Of a DNA stretch of 64,000 nt, positions 1 to 7,784 are shown one piece after another (position 1 is the stretch's first letter; each line of letters begins with the position of its first letter). The DNA comes from an uncultured bacterium (GTDB taxonomy: Bacteria > Acidobacteriota > Thermoanaerobaculia > Multivoradales > JAHZIX01). A program made the translations under genes and the position numbers. The stretch spans positions 1 to 64,000 of the forward strand of contig CBDUPA010000009.1 in the NCBI GenBank assembly GCA_965368975.1, read 5' to 3'. The notes below the pieces were generated by a model that did no database searches, was not told the DNA's origin, and saw only the letters and a program-made list of their open reading frames with translations.

Positions 1-283
1 CGCCACCGCCACCGCCACCGCCACCGCGCGGACGTTCCTCGCGCGGGCGAGCTTCGTTGACGCGCAGGCTGCGGCCGCCGTAGTCGTGACGATCGAGGGC
101 CGAAATGGCCGCATCGGAGTCGTCATCGCCCATCTCGACAAAGCCGAAGCCACGCGGCTGGCCCGTCTGACGATCATTGATTAGGTTGACCGAAACAACC
201 TCACCATAAGCTTCGAACAGTTCGCGAACTTCCTGTTCGGTAGCGCTGTAGGGAAGGTTTCCGACGTAGATCCTCTTACTCAT
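1..283 (-). CDS. RNA-binding protein (RRM/RNP-1) with Gly-rich tail, 3' end outside the window
   Basis: Not in the ORF track. Manual translation from ATG at 283 gives MSKRIYVGNLPYSATEQEVRELF...RGFGFVEM...LRVNEARPREERPRGGGGG, with RNP2 (IYVGNL) and RNP1 (RGFGFVEM). GGAG lies upstream. Confidence 0.95.
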   Translation of the reverse strand, partial: MSKRIYVGNLPYSATEQEVRELFEAYGEVVSVNLINDRQTGQPRGFGFVEMGDDDSDAAISALDRHDYGGRSLRVNEARPREERPRGGGGGGGG

Positions 284-297
284 GTCTCGTGCACTCC

Positions 298-435
298 GCG
301 TTCCTCCGTGGGAACGCTCTCATTCCGAAAGGGCTAGCGCCTCGGCACTAGCGGCGACACATCCCTGAGGTGGTTGTGTTGCGAGTTAACCTCGGGATAC
401 AACTCGGGAGGTTTCCCGTCATATCTCGGGAAATC
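298..435 (-). promoter_or_regulatory. Putative structured 5' leader of the RRM gene (series of hairpins)
   Basis: Inverted repeats at 298-304/311-317, 333-340/345-352 (G-U pair on the minus strand), 361-371/389-398, 382-387/401-406 and 412-418/427-433. Confidence 0.4.
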
Positions 436-564
436 GGCTGGCGTCCTGTCTGGAAGGGGATCGAGTTTGGGTCGGCCGCTTCGGAAGGATTCTGCTAATT
501 TGCCCTAATGCACCTCAGAGGCCGGTAGCGTAGCACAGAAGAGATTTCCAACGCCAGCAGAATC

Positions 565-2445
565 TCACCCCCCGGTCTGCGGCTGCGCACCGTGTCCGTG
601 GGCAGGCTGCACGCCGGTCGGGTCGTCGAGTGCCGGTTCCGGCGCGAAAGCGAGAATTCGAGACACCTTCTGCCGGCGTACCTCGATGGCGAACCCACGG
701 TACAGCCACAGCTCGCCCGCGGGGGTGTACAACTGCCGTCTCGGCGGCCCGAAGACTTCGCGAACCGCTGCAGGCTCCTGAACACCGGACCAGGGCGCTT
801 CGACGAGAGCCAGTTGAAAGTTGACTTCCAGAAGCCGTAGACCCTCAGTGTCGCGGTGGAAGGCTCCATCGAGGGAGCCCAAGCTGAAGGCTCGCGTGGA
901 CAGTTCTGTGTCACCGCGAGCCAGCACCTCGGGCACGGGTCCAGGCTGCCATGGTAGGAGGCCTTGCAGGTCGACCCGGACATCGGCATTGACATCGCCC
1001 GATGGTGACTCGGAATCGGCTTCAGGCGCCGAGTCGGCTGGCCGCGAGCGTAGCCGTGCGACCTGTGCCCAGGGTCCGGTCGACTCCAGACGCAGGAAAG
1101 CTTGCCAAGCCCGTTGAGCATCCGAACGGCCCAGCTGCGCAAGGAGCGCGGCATGGTTATAGGCTAACTCGACATCGGCGGGATACTGGCGGCGCAAGTT
1201 GGCCAAGTCAGCCAGTGCGTCCTGTGCCAGTGCCGGCACGCCCAAGGAATCTGCCATCAGGGCCTTCCCCAGTTCACTCAGCCAGCGCAGTCGCAGATTG
1301 TCTGGATGCTGCTCGAGACCACGGACCGCGATGCCATGAGCAGTGCTGTCGCGGTCCAGGAGTAGGAGCGAAAGCAGGTTCTCGCGCGCCGGCAGATAGC
1401 TCGGGTCGATCTCCAGAGCGTTCTCCAGGTAGGTACGTGCCAGTTTCGCTCGCCTGCGATAGTCGCGGCCCTCGAAGCAGGGAGACTCCGCTTCACCGCC
1501 TCGCCGGAGCAGGCGGCTCGCCAAGGTCGTTTCATCGACCACTACGGGTAACCGGAAGCGCGACACCAAGGCGGCGTCGCACTTGGCAAGCTCAGCAGCA
1601 GCCAGCTGCACGTGCACCAGGCCAAGGTTGTTCAACACCTCGCGGCCGGGGAAGGTCTCGTTGAAAGCTTCCAGGAAGCGCTGTGCCAGCTCGTAGTGCC
1701 CGACCTGCAGCAATCGTACGCCAGCGTAGAAGTAGTCGAGCTCAGCGACCACCTCCTCGCGACTTTCGAGCAACGCCGCGGCGCGCTGACGGGCGGCTTC
1801 AGCCGCCGCTCCGTCGGCCTGGGATGGACCACGGTACGCGCCCTGTGCGACCCGCTGAGTCATCCACTGGGCGAAAATGGCACCATCATCGGCCAGCACG
1901 ACGTGCGGCTCAAAGCCTGCCATCGTCATGAACAGCAATCCGTGACGATCCGCCCTTTGTTCCTGACGCAATGCCTCGTCATCCGGCTCTCCGAAATGCC
2001 CGCGACCGGCGAAGCTCTGCAGGTGCTGGAAATCTTCTCCGGCCAGGTGGGCCAGCTCGTGACCGAAAAGGAAGGCGGCGCGCGCATCACCATCGCTGGG
2101 ATTCGGCGAGCGGTAGCAGAGTTCCAGAGCGCTGTAGGACACCAGGACAGCCCCATCGCGCAGGCTCGCGGCAAACGGTCGCGTTGCCCGCGGCGAGCGC
2201 TCCAACACCACCAGCTTCGGGGGGCGATTGCGGCGCTGGTAGGCCGCGGCTGTGACTCGCTCGAAGACGTCACTAGCCCGCCTGACCCACGGGTGCCCGA
2301 CCTCGATGCTGCCGAAGGTCTGAATCCAGGCGTCGGCGGTCTCGTACTGCTGCGAACTCTGCGCCACCGAGGGCGACACAGCCAGCAGTACTCCTAACAG
2401 CAACACTCCCAGGGAGCCGGCTAGCATGCCCACCGGCCCTCTCAT
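565..2445 (-). CDS. Exported M48-family Zn metalloprotease with TPR repeats
   Basis: Signal peptide (LLLGVLLAVSPSVAQ), HELAH zinc motif, downstream EQRAD (ExxAD) motif, TPR-like helices. Start overlaps the anti-sigma stop (ATGA). Confidence 0.8.
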   Translation of the reverse strand: MRGPVGMLAGSLGVLLLGVLLAVSPSVAQSSQQYETADAWIQTFGSIEVGHPWVRRASDVFERVTAAAYQRRNRPPKLVVLERSPRATRPFAASLRDGAVLVSYSALELCYRSPNPSDGDARAAFLFGHELAHLAGEDFQHLQSFAGRGHFGEPDDEALRQEQRADRHGLLFMTMAGFEPHVVLADDGAIFAQWMTQRVAQGAYRGPSQADGAAAEAARQRAAALLESREEVVAELDYFYAGVRLLQVGHYELAQRFLEAFNETFPGREVLNNLGLVHVQLAAAELAKCDAALVSRFRLPVVVDETTLASRLLRRGGEAESPCFEGRDYRRRAKLARTYLENALEIDPSYLPARENLLSLLLLDRDSTAHGIAVRGLEQHPDNLRLRWLSELGKALMADSLGVPALAQDALADLANLRRQYPADVELAYNHAALLAQLGRSDAQRAWQAFLRLESTGPWAQVARLRSRPADSAPEADSESPSGDVNADVRVDLQGLLPWQPGPVPEVLARGDTELSTRAFSLGSLDGAFHRDTEGLRLLEVNFQLALVEAPWSGVQEPAAVREVFGPPRRQLYTPAGELWLYRGFAIEVRRQKVSRILAFAPEPALDDPTGVQPAHGHGAQPQTGG

Positions 2446-3452
2446 CCGGCAAAGCCCCCCAGCAGCAAGACGGTCTCGAAGCGCTTCTCGAGGCGGCGGA
2501 AGTCGGCACGCTGGGTTGGTGGCGACGCGAGCAACTCTCGCACCTGCTGCAACTCGGCCACCAGGAGTGGGTCACCAGCGCTGTCGAAGCCAGAGCCTTC
2601 GGCCCCAGCCCCGGCGGGCATTGCCAGCACGATCCAGGCATCGAGAGTTCGCAGGAAGGACGGGTGGACCAGAGGGGCCGAAGCGCGGGCACCGGATGCC
2701 AACCGCCCGAGTTCTGCCCAGCGTCCGAAGCGCTGTGGGTCGTTGGCCGCTTCGGTGGCCAACGGCCCAGCGGCAACCAGGGTCACCATCGGCAGCAATT
2801 CGGGCTGCTCTTCCAGGCGCAGGCGAACCGTCTCGAAGTCCGCGACCCACTCGGAGTCTTCGCTGCCGGCGACGCGCATCAGTTGCTCCAACGCGGCCTT
2901 GGCCCCCTCGACATCCCCGAGGTGTACTGCCAGGCTGAGGTCGGTCAAGTAGACACCGCGGCGGAACATCTGCTGAGCCTCGGACGCCGCGGCGGATGCG
3001 AAACCGGCGATCGCAGGCGGCTGGAAAACACTCACTCGTGGTAGGTCGACGTCGGGCCAGAGTTGCTGCAAGTCCAGCGTGTCGGTCGCCCGCACCGTCG
3101 GCGCACCGCTCCCCGACGGCACCGGCGACACAGGCGGCAGCGCCAGCCACAGGAAGAGCCCCACCATCAGAACCGACAATCCAGCCGCGGCGGCGAACGC
3201 CCATTTGCGCCAATGCAGGGGAGCACTCTGGCCACTGGTCGGTGCACCGAAGGTCACGACGGAAGCCGACCGCTCCGAGGTCTCCACGCGATAGCGCGCC
3301 GTCTCGGAGAAGACTTCGAAGCAGGTTGGACATCCCTCGACGTGCTGCAGCAGCCGCTTGCGATCGTGCGCGGCGACGGTGCCATCAATCAAGGCGGCCA
3401 GCTCTTCGGAGTCGGGGCAGCTCGCTTCGGCTTGAGATCGATCCTGGGACAT
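2442..3452 (-). CDS. Membrane-anchored anti-sigma factor (zf-HC2/ZAS domain)
   Basis: CPDSEELAALIDG...HVEGCPTC (HxxxCxxC), followed by a TM helix (WAFAAAAGLSVLMVGLFLWLAL) and an extracytoplasmic domain. Start re-assigned to ATG 3452 with AGGAG RBS. Confidence 0.85.
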   Translation of the reverse strand: MSQDRSQAEASCPDSEELAALIDGTVAAHDRKRLLQHVEGCPTCFEVFSETARYRVETSERSASVVTFGAPTSGQSAPLHWRKWAFAAAAGLSVLMVGLFLWLALPPVSPVPSGSGAPTVRATDTLDLQQLWPDVDLPRVSVFQPPAIAGFASAAASEAQQMFRRGVYLTDLSLAVHLGDVEGAKAALEQLMRVAGSEDSEWVADFETVRLRLEEQPELLPMVTLVAAGPLATEAANDPQRFGRWAELGRLASGARASAPLVHPSFLRTLDAWIVLAMPAGAGAEGSGFDSAGDPLLVAELQQVRELLASPPTQRADFRRLEKRFETVLLLGGFAG

Positions 3453-3546
3453 GTGCTCTCCTGGCCCTGGGCCGGGCTCGAAAACTCGGCTGGCCATCAG
3501 TGGATCCGGGCCGGGGGGCCATCGCCACGTTCCGTTCTCTGGGTTA

Positions 3547-3573
3547 GACGGTTGCGAAGTACGGAATTCCCAT
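3547..3573 (-). promoter_or_regulatory. Putative ECF promoter for the anti-sigma/M48 operon
   Basis: Minus strand reads ATGGGAATTccgtacttcgcaaCCGTCtaa: GAA -35-like and CGTC -10-like elements, same motif and spacing as 4373-4399. Confidence 0.5.
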
Positions 3574-3597
3574 AGTGCAGCGCCCCCTGGCAGGACG

Positions 3598-4350
3598 CTA
3601 CTCCTGGAACAGTCGATCGATGTCACTGGCTGACACCTGGCGCTCCTCTAGGCGCTTGCGCAAATCACGCAGGAGGTGCTCGAGGCGCCGGTACAGAGGC
3701 TTGGCTGGCAGCTGCAGGGTGCGTGCAATGTCGACGATTTTGAAGCCCTGCTCGTACCGCAGACGCAAGATCATCCGATCTTCGGTTTCCAGGTCACCTA
3801 GGTTACCCCTCAGCAGCTCGGCAAGCCTGCGCCGCTCGCCATCGCGCTCGCGCGACAACAAGGCCAGTTCAGCCGTAGCCTCCGGCCCTGGCCTTTCTGC
3901 CAGTTCCTCGGCACCCTCGAAGCGGCGCGGCGGACGTCCTGGCAGACGCGCGGCCATGTCCGTCAACGCTTCCCGCGACAGGGAGACCTCCTGCCGCAGC
4001 ACCAGCTCGACGGCCTCCTCAAGGCCATAGCCGTCGCGGCTGATCAGCTTCTCCAGCTCCTCGGCCTCCGGTCCCAGCTTGCGTGCCGCCGCCGAACAGC
4101 GCCAGCGCCCCTGCTCGCGCACCCGGTAGTCCAGGAACAGGCGCTGAATCACCGTCGTCAGGTAGGTGCTGAAGCGACTGTTGCCCTTGAATTTGCGGAG
4201 TACGGCGTAGTCGTCCGCGATCAGGCGCAGGTGCACGAAGGACCGAAAGTCGTCCGCCTCGTCGGGCCGCGACCGGCGTCGGCGGCAGACGAAGCGAATG
4301 ACGTCTTCGATCACATCCAGGTGAGCGAGAAACTGTTCCTCTGCGTTCAT
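3598..4350 (-). CDS. ECF-type RNA polymerase sigma-70 factor
   Basis: Region 2 (DEADDFRSFVHLRLI...FSTYLTTVIQRLFLD) and region 4 HTH (DRMILRLRYEQGFKIVDIARTL). Start re-assigned to ATG 4350. Confidence 0.9.
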   Translation of the reverse strand: MNAEEQFLAHLDVIEDVIRFVCRRRRSRPDEADDFRSFVHLRLIADDYAVLRKFKGNSRFSTYLTTVIQRLFLDYRVREQGRWRCSAAARKLGPEAEELEKLISRDGYGLEEAVELVLRQEVSLSREALTDMAARLPGRPPRRFEGAEELAERPGPEATAELALLSRERDGERRRLAELLRGNLGDLETEDRMILRLRYEQGFKIVDIARTLQLPAKPLYRRLEHLLRDLRKRLEERQVSASDIDRLFQE

Positions 4351-4372
4351 CGTAGGTCGGTAGCACCGAATG

Positions 4373-4399
4373 ATGAGAAAGTAGGACGATTCGTCCGTC
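4373..4399 (+). promoter_or_regulatory. Putative ECF promoter for the CHAT protease operon
   Basis: ATGAGAAAGtaggacgattcgtCCGTC matches the 3547-3573 motif with identical spacing. The spacer overlaps the palindrome GGACGA-T-TCGTCC (4384-4396). Confidence 0.5.
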
Positions 4400-4488
4400 C
4401 CATGGAGTGGGAAGGCATGGGTTTGGTTGCGCTGCTGGAGCCGGGTGAGAACGCCCACTGATCCGCGCACCTCCGAAACCTCGCCAGC

Positions 4489-7400
4489 ATGAACGTGAGA
4501 CACGTTACTACATCTTCACTACTCGCGATTCTGCTAGTCCTCGCGGCCCCCAGCAAGGCTACGAGTGCAGCACCAGGTGTGTCCGCGGACGCGTCCAGCG
4601 CTCGTGTACTGCGCGGACTGTGCGGCGGTCAGCGAACCCTGGAACCGAGGCTCAGCGGCTTCCCCTTCGCACCTCTGCCCGTCACGGCCTGCACGGCGGC
4701 GGCCGACAGTGCCACGTTGATCCACTTGGCCCAGGTCGACAGCCAGCTACAGCGCATGCTCCGCGAGCGATCGGACCACCTTGCAGCCCTGCATGAGCGC
4801 GGCCTGCTGCTGCTCTTGCTCGGCCGCACGGTCGAGGCGGTCGGATTGCTGCAGCGCGCAGCCGCCAGTACAACCGATCCGTCCAGCAACCTGCTCAGCG
4901 ATCTGGCGGCGGCTCATTGGCAACGTGGTCAGGAGGATGCCCCGTTCGACCTCGTTCGTGGCCTGCTGCGGGCCGATGAAGCACTTGCACGGCAGCCGAG
5001 CCACCCTGGGGCCCTGTTCAACCGAGCCCTGCTTCTCGAGAGCCTGTACCTGCGGCCGGTAGCGGTCGAGGCCTGGGAAGCGTTCCTGGCGGCGGACACG
5101 GCCTCGCCCTGGGCAAGCGAAGTGCAGGAGCGAATCGCACACCTGCAGCAGCCGAGCGAACGCGAGTCCTGGGACCGGCTGTGGCCGCAGATCGAAGCAG
5201 CCGGGCAGGACCCGACAACGCTCGACGAGTTGGTTCGGCAGCGCCATTGGCACGTGCGCCAGCACGTCGAGAAGGTCTTGCTACTCGCCTGGGCACAGGA
5301 CCCACAAAGCCCCGACGGTCGGCAAGCGTTGGCACTGTCCACGGCACTCGCGGCAAGCGTGCAGCGGCTGAGCGGCGACGCTCTGCTCGCGGATGCCGTC
5401 AACCGCATCCAAGACGCCCAGAGTCGCCAGGAAGACGTGCTGTCGCTGCTCAGCCAAGGAACAAAGAGCTTCGCTGAAGCGCGCATCCTGCTGGACCACG
5501 GCGCTCTGGTTGCTGGCTTGTCGAAAATGACTCGGGCGATTTCGGATCTGGAGGCTGCAGGTAGCCCCATGGCTCTGCGTGCCCGTCTGCACTTCGCGAT
5601 CGGCGTCTTCCGTCAAGGCGACTTCCACACGGCACAGCGGGATCTACTCGAGCTAACCAAGGAAGCGGAGAGCTACCCGCTGTTGGTGGGCCGACTCGGT
5701 TGGATGATCGGCCTCTGCCTGGGTGTCACGGGCAAGCAGCGCGAGAGCCTGGTCTGGCACCGCAGGGCAGCGGCCACCTATGCACGAACTCCTGAAGTCG
5801 AAGCTCAGATGGGGATGGAGTCCATGCTCGCCGAAGGCCTGGAGGACATGGGCCGCCCGAATGAAGCTTGGCAGCATACTCACCGAGCGCTGAGTCGGTT
5901 GGCGGAAGTGGACCGCACGGTGCGGCGCCTGGTCACCCTTGGGACGGCGACCCAATTGCTCTTGCTCCGCAACCTGCCTACCATCGCACTCTACTTCCAG
6001 GACCTCGCAGTGGAAGAAACCCTAGACGGCGGAGATCCACTGCTCATGAGTTCAGCACTACAGGCCCGAGCACAGCTCCTGCTGCGGTTGGGCCAACTAG
6101 AAGCTGCGGCGCAGGACATCAAGGACGCCAGGTACTATGCCGAGCAGCTGGAAGACAAGACCAGCCGCTGGGTTCGTTTCAGCTCAGTCCTCCGCATGGA
6201 GGGTGCCTTGCAGTGGCGCACTGGCTCCCCAGGAGAGTCGGTCGAGACCTTGAACCGGGCCATCAGAATCACCGAGGCGCACGACTACGGCTACCGCCTG
6301 GTGCCGCTCTACCTAGAACGCAGCCAGGCTCACCTGTCTGCTGGCAAGGTGGACCAGGCGGCGCAGGATCTCGACGCCGGGATTCGGCTGGTCGAGCGAT
6401 GGCGGTACGATATCGAGGATACCGCCGAGCGCGGCACCTACCTGGAGCATCGCAGACGGCTCTACGACCAAATGACCCTCCTGCAAGCAGGGCAAGGCCG
6501 GATCGAGCAGGCATTCGACTACAACGAGCGCAGCCGTGCCCGCTCACTACTCGATCGGCGACGTCAAGGTGACGACACCGAGGATACGGAAGCAACCACG
6601 GGAGTCTGGCCGGTTACTCGCATCCAAAGCGGCCTCCCCGAGGGCAGTGCTCTGCTGGTCTATGCGCTGCCGAGCGCGGGAGATCGTGCCGAAGACGACC
6701 GGAACGTCCTGTGCTGGCTGGCCACCCCCGATCGCCTGCAGCTGCGAGCGCTGGACGTGGCCGCACTAGAGCTGCGCACGATGGTGCGAGAAGTAGCGCA
6801 GCTGCTGCAGCAACAAGCACCGGCAACAGATCTCGACCCGTACCTACAGGACCTGCATCGGCATCTCCTGGAGCCAGCACTGGCCGAGCTGCCCGGGGTC
6901 GACACACTCCTGATCGTGCCGGATCGAGAGCTTTCCGGGTTGCCCTTCGCCGCGCTGCGCAACGCCAACAGCGGCCGCTACCTGGTCGAGGACTACGTGC
7001 TGGCGCAAGCCCCTAGCGCCAGCCTCTTGATGGAGACGCTGCACCCGGATACCGACCAGCCAACCAGGGCGCGCCTGATCGAGGCTCTGGTGATCGGCGA
7101 TCCAGCCTTCGAGGCCGAACTCTTCCCCGAACTGTCAGCGCTGCCTGCGGCCCGAGAAGAAGCTCGCCAGATCGCTGACTTGTACCCGCGCTCCCGCTTG
7201 CTCCTGGGACTGGACGCAAAGGTCAGCAGTATGCTGCCATCTCTACACGAGACCCATGTCCTGCACTTTGCCGGCCACGCGCTTGTCAACGAGGCTTCGC
7301 CGCTCCTGTCGGCGTTGGTTCTAGCACCCGAGCCGGACGCCAGCGATTCGAGCACCGGGGGCTCGGGTGCGCTGGAAGCGAGAGATCTTTACACCTTGGA

Positions 7401-7773
7401 TCCCGGTGCGAGTCCTGACCTGGTGGTGTTGGCGGCTTGCCGCAGCGGCGGTGATGTCCAGGCACTGACAGGCCCATTCCTGGCGGCCGGGAGTTCCGCG
7501 GTCGTTGCGAGCCAGTGGGACGTGCTCGACGAGGTCTCTGCACAGTTACTGACCTACTTCCACCAAGAACTCCGAGTCGGCCAGACTCCGGCATCCGCCC
7601 TGGCTCATGCCCAGAGGGACTGGCTCTCTCAAACGGTGAATCCCACGCCCGCCCACTGGGCGGTCTATGCAATCCATGGCGGCCTCATTCCGGTCTTTCC
7701 GGCCGCGCCAAGCACGCCAGGCGCGGCGACGCGGACGCCAGGACACCCTGGCACCAGGAAGCCCAGACACTAG
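4489..7773 (+). CDS. TPR-CHAT (caspase-like, clan CD) protease with N-terminal signal/anchor
   Basis: Hydrophobic N-terminus, long TPR region, ERSRARSLLD helix, and CHAT motifs LLIVPD..L..LPF, HVLHFAGH (catalytic His), LVVLAAC (catalytic Cys), SQWDV and HWAVY. Confidence 0.9.
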   Translation: MNVRHVTTSSLLAILLVLAAPSKATSAAPGVSADASSARVLRGLCGGQRTLEPRLSGFPFAPLPVTACTAAADSATLIHLAQVDSQLQRMLRERSDHLAALHERGLLLLLLGRTVEAVGLLQRAAASTTDPSSNLLSDLAAAHWQRGQEDAPFDLVRGLLRADEALARQPSHPGALFNRALLLESLYLRPVAVEAWEAFLAADTASPWASEVQERIAHLQQPSERESWDRLWPQIEAAGQDPTTLDELVRQRHWHVRQHVEKVLLLAWAQDPQSPDGRQALALSTALAASVQRLSGDALLADAVNRIQDAQSRQEDVLSLLSQGTKSFAEARILLDHGALVAGLSKMTRAISDLEAAGSPMALRARLHFAIGVFRQGDFHTAQRDLLELTKEAESYPLLVGRLGWMIGLCLGVTGKQRESLVWHRRAAATYARTPEVEAQMGMESMLAEGLEDMGRPNEAWQHTHRALSRLAEVDRTVRRLVTLGTATQLLLLRNLPTIALYFQDLAVEETLDGGDPLLMSSALQARAQLLLRLGQLEAAAQDIKDARYYAEQLEDKTSRWVRFSSVLRMEGALQWRTGSPGESVETLNRAIRITEAHDYGYRLVPLYLERSQAHLSAGKVDQAAQDLDAGIRLVERWRYDIEDTAERGTYLEHRRRLYDQMTLLQAGQGRIEQAFDYNERSRARSLLDRRRQGDDTEDTEATTGVWPVTRIQSGLPEGSALLVYALPSAGDRAEDDRNVLCWLATPDRLQLRALDVAALELRTMVREVAQLLQQQAPATDLDPYLQDLHRHLLEPALAELPGVDTLLIVPDRELSGLPFAALRNANSGRYLVEDYVLAQAPSASLLMETLHPDTDQPTRARLIEALVIGDPAFEAELFPELSALPAAREEARQIADLYPRSRLLLGLDAKVSSMLPSLHETHVLHFAGHALVNEASPLLSALVLAPEPDASDSSTGGSGALEARDLYTLDPGASPDLVVLAACRSGGDVQALTGPFLAAGSSAVVASQWDVLDEVSAQLLTYFHQELRVGQTPASALAHAQRDWLSQTVNPTPAHWAVYAIHGGLIPVFPAAPSTPGAATRTPGHPGTRKPRH

Positions 7774-7784
7774 GAAGGAATCTC

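Noticed and set aside
1-26. (CGCCAC)n repeat at the window start
   Set aside because: It is simply the GGT-GGC poly-Gly tail of the RRM protein, not a separate repeat element.
3453-4503. Longer ORF-track starts for the anti-sigma (3626) and sigma (4503)
   Set aside because: The extensions are non-homologous and overlap neighbouring genes. ATG 3452 has an RBS, and both 3452 and 4350 sit where the domains begin.
7515-7784. N-terminal extension of the 473-aa ORF
   Set aside because: It overlaps the CHAT coding region in another frame. ATG 7785 with RBS is the plausible start.
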